Shown: positions 17,374 to 27,251 of the stretch, one piece after another | Position numbering within the stretch: position 1 is the stretch's first letter | Layout: each line of letters begins with the position of its first letter | Assembly: GCA_903896925.1 (NCBI GenBank) | Contig: CAITZM010000016.1 | Span: forward strand, 859 to 64,858 | Direction of reading: 5' to 3' | Length of the DNA stretch: 64,000 nt | Source of the DNA: an uncultured Lentisphaerota bacterium | Lineage (GTDB): Bacteria > Verrucomicrobiota > Kiritimatiellia > CAIQIC01 | The notes under the pieces: model-generated | The model's input: the letters and a program-made list of their open reading frames with translations, nothing else | What the model was told of the DNA's origin: nothing | The model's database searches: none | Program-made: the position numbers and the translations under genes

Positions 17374-19563
17374 TTACCACTTTGCAACAAGGCCATCTTG
17401 CAGCTTCGGTACCGGCATGCGCAACACCCCCGCATATCCCAAGGGAATATACACCTGCCCGTTGTGAACTTGAACACGCCCGGGTCTTCCTTCAACGTCA
17501 AATGAAGCAAGCAATCGGGGGGCTTGAGGATTGGCAATGCTCGCAACAAACACTTTCTTCTTTATGTCGTCCACGATGTACACATTCTGGTCATAGCGCC
17601 GGTATTTGCAACGACCATAGCCAGGCCCATAATCACCCGGGATGGCTATTCGTGGCAACGCTTTATCTTTCTCGCTCCCTATGCGATGTGCAGCATCATC
17701 AACAAGGCGGTAATTCAGATGCGTTCCAATCAGCAATTGCCCATTGTCCAGCATGGCCACGCTACTGTTCCACGTCGAGCCTTCATAGGCACTGCCATCT
17801 TTCCGAGGTACAGGTCCGCCATACAGATCGTATCGGTAATAGGGGAAGTTATTATGGGAAGCCAGCGCATAGCGCTTGTCCACGAGCTGGTCGTACATGC
17901 GAAACGCGTACGTACCAAGATCCCGCAGTTTCAAAGAAATGCGGGCAGGGTTGGAAATGTCAACTATTTCAAGGCCGCCGCACTCCAGGAGGGCATATTT
18001 CCCCGGTGGAGGAACCGCCACATCAACAACCGGCGCCCCTGACTTGGAGCGATACCTGCCGAGTAAGGCAAGACTTCCCGCACCGGTATTGCGGTAGATT
18101 GACAAACCGCCGCCGGCCTCGGCCGCCATCACGAGGTCTCCAGATACCCGAACGTTCATCACAATATCCTCACTGGGATATTGGTTTAGAAGTTTCATCG
18201 TGGTGTAATCAACAAGTTGGATGCCACCATGGCCTGCTCCGACCACCATGGTAGTGCCGATAAAATCAACAGACCGGATGTTAAAGGGCGGTTGGTAGAC
18301 AATGCGTGCATCGGGTTTCTTTGCGCGAGTCCCCACGGATACACGTGCTGTGTCCCAGGGTTGCGGAACATGTTCTATTTCTGGCGCAGCGAGAATACTG
18401 ACACCGCCTTTGGGATCGGTATCGGTACGTTTGTTCCCCCAGAGGTTGGCTGCAATGACATATCCTTTGATAACCGCAATACTGGAGGTGTAATCATAGG
18501 TATTGGATGCAAGTGATGGGTCTTCCCCTTTTGTGATCCTGGTCTTCCATGGCACTGGTAGTGTGTATTTGTTCTGAGCGGCAATTGTCGGCGCCGCAGG
18601 ATTTGTAATATCAACAACCAGAACCCCGTTGATTCCATCAGCAACGACGGCGTATTTTCCGGCGATTTCCACGCCCCACCAATCAGGCCCGTGAATGAAG
18701 AAGCGGGGGAATTTCACCCGGCCGCAGAAGCGCGGCCTTTCCGGGGCTGAGATGTCAAATATTTCGAGGCCCCGTCCTTCTCCCCAGCCCGCTTCTCCGG
18801 GGCTCACCGCCTCCTGAGATTTGCCAAATGTGGTGCGACTGTGATGACCGGTGGCGATATAGCAAAAGTCTCCGGCCACCCGTACACCGTCAGCAAATCC
18901 GTCGAGTGGAGCCCGGGCAATTATTTTCGGTTGACGGGGGATGCGGGCATCCACAATCACCAGTTCCATTTCGTGGTGAATGGGCGCATAGACATACCCA
19001 TTGCGTATGGCAACCGATTGCACCTCGCCGACAAAGGTGGTGCTGAGAAACTCAGGCTGCCGCGGATTGCTGACATCAACAAGTTCCAGGCCGAGGCCCG
19101 TGCCCGCAATAGCGAGGATATTCCCGGAGATGGCAAGCCCGGTTGTATTGCCCGAGACATCGGCATCGTAATGGCACAAGAGCCTTGGTGTCTTTGGCTG
19201 GGTAATGTCAATAATATAGACGCCTTTGCCGGGGTCTCGCGCCGACACATAAGCAATGTGATTGGCAATGACAACCTGCCGGCCGCCGACCAGCGGAAGT
19301 TGACCCATAAACTGGGGTCGTTCAGGGGTAGAAATATCTGCGGTAATAAAGGCACCGGAAGCCAGAATGCACAACGTCGTACCATCCACTGCCACCGCTA
19401 TGGTGGTGCCGGTGTGGAGTGATGCAACTTCTTTCATCTGGATTGGCAGGCGGGCTAGATCGCTGGTGGAGATGCGGGTGTCGCCCCCCCCAAAAGCAGC
19501 GCACATGGAAGATAGTATGGCAAAAGAGAGGCAGGCGGCAATTCGAGTCTTATTCATAGTCAT
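17374..19563 (-). CDS. LVIVD-repeat beta-propeller protein, secreted
   Basis: 729 aa with signal peptide MTMNKTRIAACLSFAILSSMCAAFG. Repeated LVIVD-type blades: YIIDITQPKTP, LELVDVSNPRQP, LVIVDARIPRQP, LEIFDISAPERP, VLVVDITNPAAP, LEIVDISNPA. Confidence 0.7.
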   Translation of the reverse strand: MTMNKTRIAACLSFAILSSMCAAFGGGDTRISTSDLARLPIQMKEVASLHTGTTIAVAVDGTTLCILASGAFITADISTPERPQFMGQLPLVGGRQVVIANHIAYVSARDPGKGVYIIDITQPKTPRLLCHYDADVSGNTTGLAISGNILAIAGTGLGLELVDVSNPRQPEFLSTTFVGEVQSVAIRNGYVYAPIHHEMELVIVDARIPRQPKIIARAPLDGFADGVRVAGDFCYIATGHHSRTTFGKSQEAVSPGEAGWGEGRGLEIFDISAPERPRFCGRVKFPRFFIHGPDWWGVEIAGKYAVVADGINGVLVVDITNPAAPTIAAQNKYTLPVPWKTRITKGEDPSLASNTYDYTSSIAVIKGYVIAANLWGNKRTDTDPKGGVSILAAPEIEHVPQPWDTARVSVGTRAKKPDARIVYQPPFNIRSVDFIGTTMVVGAGHGGIQLVDYTTMKLLNQYPSEDIVMNVRVSGDLVMAAEAGGGLSIYRNTGAGSLALLGRYRSKSGAPVVDVAVPPPGKYALLECGGLEIVDISNPARISLKLRDLGTYAFRMYDQLVDKRYALASHNNFPYYRYDLYGGPVPRKDGSAYEGSTWNSSVAMLDNGQLLIGTHLNYRLVDDAAHRIGSEKDKALPRIAIPGDYGPGYGRCKYRRYDQNVYIVDDIKKKVFVASIANPQAPRLLASFDVEGRPGRVQVHNGQVYIPLGYAGVLRMPVPKLQDGLVAKW

Positions 19564-19596
19564 GGTTCAGAGTGTCCTTGGTTGCCCCAGTCATTT

Positions 19597-21087
19597 CTAT
19601 TTTACCGCCATGATATATCCCTTTTCAAGGCCCGCGCTGTTGTGTAGGCGCACCTCATTTCCCTTCACTTCGACATCGCCCAGGCCGCTGGCGGCTTCGA
19701 TGAACAAAGGGTCCGTTTGCTGGATGGTCTCGACCTTCAAGCCCGCCGGGATTTTCACCACGCCATCCGGCCTGAGCCAAACCGCGAAGAGTTTGCCCGT
19801 CTTGGGATGGGTGGACCAGATCACACTTTCGCTGATGCAACTGCCCGGACTGGAATAAGTCTTCCCATCCCAGGACCGTTTGGCCAGGGGGATGCCATTC
19901 CGATTGTCCCAAGCGGCGACCCGGCGCACGAGTTGCAGGCGGGCAGGCACATCGGCAATATTTTTGAAATTGGGCATGTTCCCGGTGCCGCCAAACCGCC
20001 CAAACCAAGCAAAGCAGGAACCGTGGACGGCCGCATGGGCGGCGAGTTCACGGTTTTCCTTCTCAGTAAAGCAGTTCGGGGTTGAGCAACCCACGGCCGC
20101 ATGGCCTTTGATCAGACCCGAGTCAAATATCCGCGTATCGGTGGCGAATTCCTTCCCGGCGCTTTCCTGCAAAAGCAGGTCCGGCATGATCTCCTTCGCA
20201 TCCGGCCGGTTCTTGACCAGCTCCAGCCAATTCTCCCAGATCCGATAAGGCTCCATGATGAACTTGGCTGCGGGAAATTGAGCGCGAGTTTGCGTGAAGA
20301 GGTGGCGATAAAATGCCGCATGGCCATCGCTGACGGTGGCGTATCGAAAAGTTGTCCCGGAGGGCTTATAGGCGCTGTCGGTGCCGGTCCAATGAGCCAC
20401 GGTGATCTGCCGGCCGCCGCCCCCCTTGCCGCCATGAGCTTGCTGCTTGTCCCAAAAATCTCCCGTGAGATTCGGCACATCCCACGCGTATCCGGCGAAG
20501 AGAAAGCGGCGATCCTTCCTTTCCAGCGTCTTCACACGGTGAATAATATGTTCTATGAAGTAATCGATGACCTCCTGGTTTTGATAATCCGGCTCCACCG
20601 AAAACACCGTGGGAGTGAAAAACCAGCCCGTAGCGAGGTTGCCGGGGAATGGCTGGTTGTCTTTCTTGACGAAGTAATGCTCGTATAATTTCCGCTCGCT
20701 GGCGGTGTAGGTCTTGGTCGGATCAAAGTTTCGCCGCACCGGGTAAACCTGATACTCGGGCCCATCCAGGTAAAAACCCAGGTCGGCAGCAAGGGGATTG
20801 GTTTCCATCCCGCGCTGATACATAACAAAGTCATAGCCCATCTGCCTGGCAAACCGGAGGTTTGATTCGACATCGCCGCGCCAAGCGATGCCATAGAAAT
20901 CCCGATAGTCTTTCGGCGGCAACGCATGGGGAAGCGAGGGCTCGGCAGCAAGTCGGCTCACACCGGACAAGAGCAGAAGCAAGCATAAACCAACGGCCAG
21001 TTTAACCGGATGGCCATGGGGGAGTATCGAACCAGCCGCCAGACGGATACTCGCGATCGGCCCTAGAGGTGTAGTCCTCGTTTTCAT
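19597..21087 (-). CDS. Uncharacterised secreted protein, family A copy 2
   Basis: The track ORF 19597..21126 was trimmed to the ATG at 21087 (MKTRTTPLGPIASIRLAAG...), which forms an ATGA overlap with the family B2 stop. By eye it is about 40-45% identical to 12771..14270. Confidence 0.7.
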   Translation of the reverse strand: MKTRTTPLGPIASIRLAAGSILPHGHPVKLAVGLCLLLLLSGVSRLAAEPSLPHALPPKDYRDFYGIAWRGDVESNLRFARQMGYDFVMYQRGMETNPLAADLGFYLDGPEYQVYPVRRNFDPTKTYTASERKLYEHYFVKKDNQPFPGNLATGWFFTPTVFSVEPDYQNQEVIDYFIEHIIHRVKTLERKDRRFLFAGYAWDVPNLTGDFWDKQQAHGGKGGGGRQITVAHWTGTDSAYKPSGTTFRYATVSDGHAAFYRHLFTQTRAQFPAAKFIMEPYRIWENWLELVKNRPDAKEIMPDLLLQESAGKEFATDTRIFDSGLIKGHAAVGCSTPNCFTEKENRELAAHAAVHGSCFAWFGRFGGTGNMPNFKNIADVPARLQLVRRVAAWDNRNGIPLAKRSWDGKTYSSPGSCISESVIWSTHPKTGKLFAVWLRPDGVVKIPAGLKVETIQQTDPLFIEAASGLGDVEVKGNEVRLHNSAGLEKGYIMAVK

Positions 21088-22385
21088 GGTTCCTTGGTTT
21101 TGTTGGGCAGCGCGTAGTAGGCGCACTCGGAGAAGAAGAACTCCGACATGTTGAGCTTCGCATAGTCGTAGTGGCGCAGCGCCCTCTCGATGGCGTCGCG
21201 GCCGGTGCCCTCGCCGGCGAGCGCGACGACCGCCGCCGCCGCGAGCGGGTTCCTCATGTAGCGGGACTCATAACCCTTGCGCGCGCCGCGTTTCGTTTTG
21301 TCGCCGGTTTCCGACAAGCGCTTGGCCTCGGCCTGCGTCGGCTGCGGGAACCATGTCGTGTAGACCGCCCGCCAGTTGGCGTTGCCAAAGACCTTCGTGT
21401 CGTTGTTGTCGAAGCCCTGGTAGGCCTCGATGCTGGCGAGGGCCGACTGGGCGTTGAGGGCCAGTCCGGCGCGGTACTGTGCGCAAAGGGCCGCATCGGT
21501 CTCCAACGCGACGAGTTGCGCCAGCGCGCCTTGAGAGCCGACGTAGATCCACAGCCCGTATTCTTCGATCCCCTTGATCGCCTCGCGATCATGCGGATAG
21601 CCGGCGGCGCAGATCTCGGAGCGCGTCTTCTCGCTCTTCGCGGGCCGCTCGGCGGCGGCCTTCCGGTAACGCTCGAGCCAGACGTTGTCGCCCGTCACAT
21701 CGAACATCGCCCTCAACATGAACAAATACCGCACGGCATCGCGGAACAGATGCCCTTGGAAGCCGCCACGGAAATCTTTCTTGAACGCGCCGTCGCAAGG
21801 ACATTTCCAGCCGGTGGACTCCAGCACGTTCGCGACTGCCTGCATCTTCTGCACGATCTGCTTGCGCTCCGCGTCGGAAGGCAGGCCGCTCTTGCAATAG
21901 GCGTGCAGGCCCAGGAACCACGGTTGCGTCTGGTCGTCGGAGCCGAGCGGATAATGGCAGCGGCCATCGGTGCCCATGCCGCGCGCGATGAAGCCGGGCA
22001 CATCGGAAACCGAGGCGCATTTCACGAGGCCCTCCGCGAGCCGGCGCGCGTTGGCCTTGTCTGCGGCGGCGCCGCTACGGCGCGCGCGCTCGCACATCGC
22101 CGGCAGATACATGCCGGTGAACATCGGCCCGTTCTCGATCGGGCTCCACCAGCCGATCGCGTTCGGCCGCCCGAGCTGGCAGTCCTCGGGCGTGGGGATT
22201 TCGCCGACGTAGTCGAGCATCACACCGTGCCGGTCAATGCGCCTGCCCCACAGCTCCGCGTGCGCCTGCTCGACGGCTTGGAGCGTCGTTCGCGCCGGGC
22301 TTGGTTCTGCCGCTTGTGCTCCAGTCATCGCACCGGCTGCGGAGAGCGCAGCAGCCAACAGCAGCGTACCCGTTGACGTTTTCAT
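21084..22385 (-). CDS. Uncharacterised secreted protein, family B copy 2
   Basis: The track ORF ends at 22412. The start was set at the internal ATG 22385 (MKTSTGTLLLAAALSAAGAMTGAQA, signal peptide), which avoids overlap with the GH10 gene. It shares AVEQAHAELW, GWWSPIENGPMF, DQTQPWFLGL and RHYDYAKL with 14306..15604. Confidence 0.7.
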   Translation of the reverse strand: MKTSTGTLLLAAALSAAGAMTGAQAAEPSPARTTLQAVEQAHAELWGRRIDRHGVMLDYVGEIPTPEDCQLGRPNAIGWWSPIENGPMFTGMYLPAMCERARRSGAAADKANARRLAEGLVKCASVSDVPGFIARGMGTDGRCHYPLGSDDQTQPWFLGLHAYCKSGLPSDAERKQIVQKMQAVANVLESTGWKCPCDGAFKKDFRGGFQGHLFRDAVRYLFMLRAMFDVTGDNVWLERYRKAAAERPAKSEKTRSEICAAGYPHDREAIKGIEEYGLWIYVGSQGALAQLVALETDAALCAQYRAGLALNAQSALASIEAYQGFDNNDTKVFGNANWRAVYTTWFPQPTQAEAKRLSETGDKTKRGARKGYESRYMRNPLAAAAVVALAGEGTGRDAIERALRHYDYAKLNMSEFFFSECAYYALPNKTKEP

Positions 22386-22389
22386 GGCG

Positions 22390-23772
22390 TCAAAATTTGA
22401 TAATCCATTCATTGGGGTTGCCTTTCTTCAATGGGAAGGTTTGCTTCACCGTCTGGCCGCCGGCTTGCGCCGTGACGGTGTAGGTGCCGTGGAAACCGCG
22501 GAAGGCCACGTCGCTGCGCGCCGCGCTGTTGGTCTCCAGCACGGTCTTCCAGTCGTGGTTGATCAGGCGGTCCAAGGCCTCGTAGACGGGCTTGGGCGAG
22601 AAGTCCCGTCGCACGAGCCCGGCGTGCCACTTGTCCTCGCCCTTGGCGGCGGTGCCATCCACGAGGTTCCACCAGCTGATGGCCTCGACGCGCGGATGGC
22701 TGAACCAGAGCCGGTAGAAGTTGCGCGCCACCGTCGCCTGGCTCTGCTCGCCCGCGGGGGAGTCGGGCAGTGCGGGGATGGTGATCTCGGTGATGTGGAT
22801 GGGGCTGCCGAAGTCGCTGTAACGGTCGAGCACCTTGAATAGGTCGGCCGGTGCGAACCGCTTGCCCGCCAGGGTCAACTGCCAGGCCGGCTCGGAGAAG
22901 ATGTGCAACTGCATGCCCAACTCCTCCACGCGCGCGCCGCGATCGAGCATGTCGCGGATCAGCCTGTAGTAAGGACTCCGCTCTGCGCTGAACTCCAGCC
23001 ACGAGTAGGTCGTCGCCTCGTTGAGCATCATCCGGTCCCCCGCGGGGAATTGTGCGGCGGCGCTCAAGGAACGAAACAGGTAATCCTCCGGCAGGTTGAA
23101 CCATTTGTCCGCGAACTTGCCGCGTTCGCAGGGTTCGTTGACCACCTCCCAGCGCGGGATGACCGCGCCATAACGTGCATTGATTTCCGCGATGCGTTGT
23201 TCGGCACGGCGCATGGCCGCCTGCGGGTCGTCGGGCCGCCACTTGGGATACCACTGATGCCACACCAGCGGATGGCCTTTCATGGCCAGGTCGTGTGCGC
23301 GGCAAAACTCGACGACCGTGTCCGGCGGCGGCCGGCGGTAGAGCGGCGGACTGTCCTTGGCGAACCGCGGCTGGCCCGGCTCCGGTTCGAGGTCGGACCA
23401 GTAGAAGGGCACGGTGGCATAATTGAGGAGCGCCGTGAATGTCGCTTCGAAGCGACGGTTTTCCCCGGGCGTCGGAAAACCTCCAAGCATGAAGATGTTC
23501 GCCCCGAACAGGAAGTCATGACGGACCTGCTCAATACGCGCCGTAACGTTGGTCACAGGCCGGCCGTCGGCGCCGGTGAAGCGCAAGGTAACGCCGTCCA
23601 TCCGGTTCGTCCGGATGCCGTCTTCGATGCGGCGCGACACTTGCGGGTCGCTCCAGAGGGTTTGATAAGCCCCACCCGGCGCCGGCTCTGCCGCCCAGCA
23701 GCAGGCACCAGCGGCCAGCCAGGCTGCGGTCAGCCCGGTTTTCAGGGGAGTTTTTCTTTTTCGAAATGTCAT
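22390..23772 (-). CDS. Endo-1,4-beta-xylanase, glycoside hydrolase family 10
   Basis: Trimmed from the track ORF 22390..23841 to the ATG at 23772 (MTFRKRKTPLKTGLTAAWLAAGACCWA, signal peptide). The GH10 catalytic motifs are WEVVNEP (acid/base) and HITEITI (nucleophile), plus LVWHQ. Confidence 0.85.
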   Translation of the reverse strand: MTFRKRKTPLKTGLTAAWLAAGACCWAAEPAPGGAYQTLWSDPQVSRRIEDGIRTNRMDGVTLRFTGADGRPVTNVTARIEQVRHDFLFGANIFMLGGFPTPGENRRFEATFTALLNYATVPFYWSDLEPEPGQPRFAKDSPPLYRRPPPDTVVEFCRAHDLAMKGHPLVWHQWYPKWRPDDPQAAMRRAEQRIAEINARYGAVIPRWEVVNEPCERGKFADKWFNLPEDYLFRSLSAAAQFPAGDRMMLNEATTYSWLEFSAERSPYYRLIRDMLDRGARVEELGMQLHIFSEPAWQLTLAGKRFAPADLFKVLDRYSDFGSPIHITEITIPALPDSPAGEQSQATVARNFYRLWFSHPRVEAISWWNLVDGTAAKGEDKWHAGLVRRDFSPKPVYEALDRLINHDWKTVLETNSAARSDVAFRGFHGTYTVTAQAGGQTVKQTFPLKKGNPNEWIIKF

Positions 23773-24542
23773 CACGGTAGCCCCATGCCCCCGCCCACGA
23801 CGAGATCCGCGCCGGTGATGTAGCGGCCGGCGTCGGAGCACAGCAGCAGCGCCGCGCCGACGCAGTCCTCCGCTTCGCCGAAGAAGCGCAGCGGGATCAG
23901 GTCGCGCACGCGGGCCGCGGTGGCCTCGTCAGCGAGGACGTCCGTGTTGCGGTCGGTCAGGATGACGCCGGGCGCAAGGTTGTTGATCGTGATGCCGTCG
24001 GGGCCGAGCTGCTTGGCGAGATTGCGGACGAGGTTTTCCTGCGCCGACTTGCTGGCGGCATAGACGAGCATGTCGGGGTGGGGGCGCTGCTGCTGGACAC
24101 TGCCGACCGTCAGGATGCGGCCCCATTGGCGGTGCTGCATCCCCGGCGCGGCGGCTTGGATCATGCGCAGCGTGGCGTGGAAGTTCACCTGCATCTGCAG
24201 CTCCGCGTCCGCCTGCGTGATCTGCGCCCATGACTTGCGCAGCTGGACCGAGGCGTTGGCGACGAGGATGTCGAGCGTGCCGAGCGCGGCCACCGCGTCG
24301 GTCACGATCCGCTCCGCCGCGGCGGGCTCCGAGAGCTCGCCGATGACGGCGACGCTGCGGGGCGACAGCTGCTGCACCTCGGCCAGCGTCGCATCGAGGA
24401 CAGGGCCCGGTTTGGTGCCGTGCACGGCGACCGCGGCGCCGCACTCCGCCAGCCCGAGCGCAATGGCACGGCCGATGCCGCGCGACGAGCCGGTCACCAG
24501 CGCGGCGCGGCCGGAGAGGTTGAACAAATTATGATGCGGCAT
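23772..24542 (-). CDS. SDR-family oxidoreductase (KduD/gluconate-5-dehydrogenase-like)
   Basis: It carries the Rossmann motif GRAALVTGSSRGIGRAIALGLAECGAAV and the catalytic YAASKSA. The start is at the ATG 24542 (MPHHNLF), which has aaGGAa about 8 nt upstream; the track start 24560 is possible. Its stop shares one nt with the GH10 start (TGATG). Confidence 0.75.
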   Translation of the reverse strand: MPHHNLFNLSGRAALVTGSSRGIGRAIALGLAECGAAVAVHGTKPGPVLDATLAEVQQLSPRSVAVIGELSEPAAAERIVTDAVAALGTLDILVANASVQLRKSWAQITQADAELQMQVNFHATLRMIQAAAPGMQHRQWGRILTVGSVQQQRPHPDMLVYAASKSAQENLVRNLAKQLGPDGITINNLAPGVILTDRNTDVLADEATAARVRDLIPLRFFGEAEDCVGAALLLCSDAGRYITGADLVVGGGMGLP

Positions 24543-24613
24543 GATGGGTTCCTTTCTCATTCACCTCAAGGCGGGGCGGAGTCATTTCCAGAAGTAGAAG
24601 GGGATTTGTTTGT

Positions 24614-26269
24614 TTATGGTTCACGGGCCGCGACTCCAAATTGCATCGGCGGAGCACCGCGCTGGTGCGCTCCGATATCGGGCGCCTTGCCGGAACAACC
24701 GTCGCTAAAGTTGGGAATCAGTTCGCCGGCGCCGGCGCCGGGGCTGGCGGGATCGAGTTGGAAGACGCCGGTCTTCTTGGCTGTATCAAAACCGGCGCCG
24801 GGCGCATAGCGCGGCTCGCCGCGGACGCCATGGGCTTCCGTACCTGCCGGCACGCGCCCGTTGCAGAGGTCGAAGTCGAAATCGTTGTCGGCGTTCTGCT
24901 TGGCCTCGCTGGCGCTGTAACCTTTGTTTTTCTCGTCGCGGATATGCAGGATATTGTTGCGCGAGACGGTGTGCTTGACGATGCGGTTGCCGCCGAGACC
25001 GCCGGTCGGCAGATACTCATCAGACTGGAAGAGCGTGTTGTGGAAGATGTACTGGTGCCCGGTCATCCAGCCATCGTTGCCGGCAAAACCCATTTTCAGA
25101 AAATAGCCCCCGCCCGCGTTGGGCTGCCACTGGCTGCGCGCGACGATGTTGTTCCAGATATAGAGCGGGCCGATGGAGCACGCCGCGTTGCCGATCATCA
25201 TCATGCTTTGCGTGATGTAGTTGCCCCACACGCGCACATTGCGGCTGCCGCCTTCGACCTCGAGGCCGTCGTCCCAGCAGTGGCTGACGAGGTTGCCGTA
25301 GATGTCGGAGTCAGGGCCGGGCGCGCCCTGGAAGCTGCCGTTGCTGCCGCCGCCGATGCCGTCATTGCACATGTGCTCGAGATCGGAAAAACATTCGTTG
25401 AAGCGGATGACGTGGTTGCCGCCGGCGTTGAAGAGGGAGATATACTGCGGGCCCTGGGTGTGCGTTGGATACTTCGGCTCATACCATGTGCTGCCGTCAT
25501 AGGTCGGATGATGCAGCTTACAGCGCTGGACGATCAGCCGGCGCAGCGTTTTGCAGTTCGAGAAAACTGCGGCGTCGTAGTCGAAACCGAAACCCGTCTT
25601 CGGATTGAGCCGGCCCCAGTCGGAGACGTCGCAGTCCTCGATGACGATGTCGTGGCCGCCCTCGATGCGGATGGCGCCGATGATGCCCTTCTTGGTGTTG
25701 CCGGCCGCGCCCGCCCCTTTGAGCGTGAAGCCGCGCAGGATGATGTTCGAGGCGTTGATCGTGATGCACGCGTCGTGCTGGTGGCGCACGTCCAGCGTCG
25801 CGCCACGGCCGTCATAGACCCGCCATGCGTCGGGCGTGCCGGACTCGGTGATCGCCAGCGGCGTGTTGCTGCTTTCCACGCGCACCGCGGGGCCTTCGGG
25901 AAACTTCTCGCTCCATGTCGTCGCCGTCAGGTTGGTGGTCGTGCGCGTGCCGGCCAGTGTCAGCTCGATGTCATAGGTTTTCGCCGGCGCGAGGTGGACG
26001 ATGCTGCCACGATAGTCCGTCAGACATTCGGCGCACTTGGGAATCGGGTTGTAGCGCATCGGCAGGCCGGTCTTCCACTCCGTGGCGCCCGACTGGCGAT
26101 AGCGCACCAGCACGTCCTTGCCGGCCGCGCCGCCCGGCGGCGACCAATAGAGGCCCAGGCAGTGGAAGGTGGGAATCGCCAGCGGCCCGACCTCGGCGCC
26201 GCCCGCAGGCAACAACGCCAGCAGCAGCCCCGCGCAAACCACACTGGTTGTCAGTACAGATGTTTTCAC
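24614..26269 (-). CDS. Right-handed beta-helix (pectate-lyase-like) secreted protein with an N-terminal beta-sandwich
   Basis: 551 aa with signal peptide MKTSVLTTSVVCAGLLLALLPAGGA. Beta-helix rungs: NASNIILRGFTLKGAG, GGHDIVIEDCDVSDWG, NHVIRFNECFSDLEHMCNDGIGGG. Confidence 0.6.
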   Translation of the reverse strand: MKTSVLTTSVVCAGLLLALLPAGGAEVGPLAIPTFHCLGLYWSPPGGAAGKDVLVRYRQSGATEWKTGLPMRYNPIPKCAECLTDYRGSIVHLAPAKTYDIELTLAGTRTTTNLTATTWSEKFPEGPAVRVESSNTPLAITESGTPDAWRVYDGRGATLDVRHQHDACITINASNIILRGFTLKGAGAAGNTKKGIIGAIRIEGGHDIVIEDCDVSDWGRLNPKTGFGFDYDAAVFSNCKTLRRLIVQRCKLHHPTYDGSTWYEPKYPTHTQGPQYISLFNAGGNHVIRFNECFSDLEHMCNDGIGGGSNGSFQGAPGPDSDIYGNLVSHCWDDGLEVEGGSRNVRVWGNYITQSMMMIGNAACSIGPLYIWNNIVARSQWQPNAGGGYFLKMGFAGNDGWMTGHQYIFHNTLFQSDEYLPTGGLGGNRIVKHTVSRNNILHIRDEKNKGYSASEAKQNADNDFDFDLCNGRVPAGTEAHGVRGEPRYAPGAGFDTAKKTGVFQLDPASPGAGAGELIPNFSDGCSGKAPDIGAHQRGAPPMQFGVAAREP

Positions 26270-26279
26270 GGTTGTCGTC

Positions 26280-27251
26280 TCAGTCGACCGGTATCTTCAA
26301 TGCCTGCATGACGCCCTTGGTGTAGCCGATGGCAAAGAGGCGGCCGAGCGAGCCGTAGCCGGGTTGGTCGTTGGTCTCGCCCGCGAGGGTGGGGACGTGG
26401 TCCACGCGGACCGGGCCGGCAAAGCCGAGCTCGTGGTAGAGCTTCAGCAGCGCGGGCATGTCGGTCGGGCCGTCGTCGTGGAACGTTTCCTCGAACCGCT
26501 GCGCCGTGCCGCGCACGTCGCGGAAGTGGACGAAGAAGATCTTCTTCTGCTCCATGAACCGCCGTGCCCATGCGGCCACGTCGCAACCCATCAGCTTGAA
26601 GTTCGCCTGGCAGAACGTGACGCCGTTGTTTGGACTGGACGCGAGCGCCATCGCGCGCTCGAAGTTCTCCGGCCTGGAGAGGATGCGGGCGATGCCGCGC
26701 AGCACCGGCAGCGGCGGATCGTCGGGATGCATGCCCATGCGCACGCCGGCCTGCTCCGCGACCGGCATCACGCGGCGGATGAAGTAGGCGTAATTCTCCC
26801 ACATCTGCTCCTCGCTGACGGCGCCCGCCTCCGTGAGCGAGGCCGGAATATCGGCGGCGTCGAAACGCGACGTGAGCGCGCCGCCGCGGGTGGGCACATC
26901 GCCGTGCGTGCGGTGCCAGCCGATGCCGGCCATGAAGTTGTAGCAGAGCAGGGGAATGCCGAGCGCGCCCATGTTGCGGAGCATCCTGCAATAGAGTTCG
27001 AGGTCGTCATCGCGCCCGTCGAGGCCGAGCTTGATGCGGCGCATGTCGAACTGGTCGCCTTCAAGCCCATAGACCGTCAACCCGGCGTCGGTGAACCGTT
27101 TCTGGATCGTGCGCAGCGCGTCGAGGTCCCACGGCGCTTTCAGCCCCGTCAGCTCCGGTGCGCACTTGCAGATCGCATGGCGCACGCCCATCTGGCGTGC
27201 GTACTGCCACTGAACGTGCGGCGCCGCCGGAAGAAATTCGGCGATGATCAT
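26280..27251 (-). CDS. uxuA: D-mannonate dehydratase
   Basis: It shares with E. coli UxuA the motifs CYNFM, VRMGMHPDDPP (E. coli VRMAVHPDDPP) and GYGSLGRLFAIGYTKGV. 323 aa, a short form. Confidence 0.8.
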   Translation of the reverse strand: MIIAEFLPAAPHVQWQYARQMGVRHAICKCAPELTGLKAPWDLDALRTIQKRFTDAGLTVYGLEGDQFDMRRIKLGLDGRDDDLELYCRMLRNMGALGIPLLCYNFMAGIGWHRTHGDVPTRGGALTSRFDAADIPASLTEAGAVSEEQMWENYAYFIRRVMPVAEQAGVRMGMHPDDPPLPVLRGIARILSRPENFERAMALASSPNNGVTFCQANFKLMGCDVAAWARRFMEQKKIFFVHFRDVRGTAQRFEETFHDDGPTDMPALLKLYHELGFAGPVRVDHVPTLAGETNDQPGYGSLGRLFAIGYTKGVMQALKIPVD

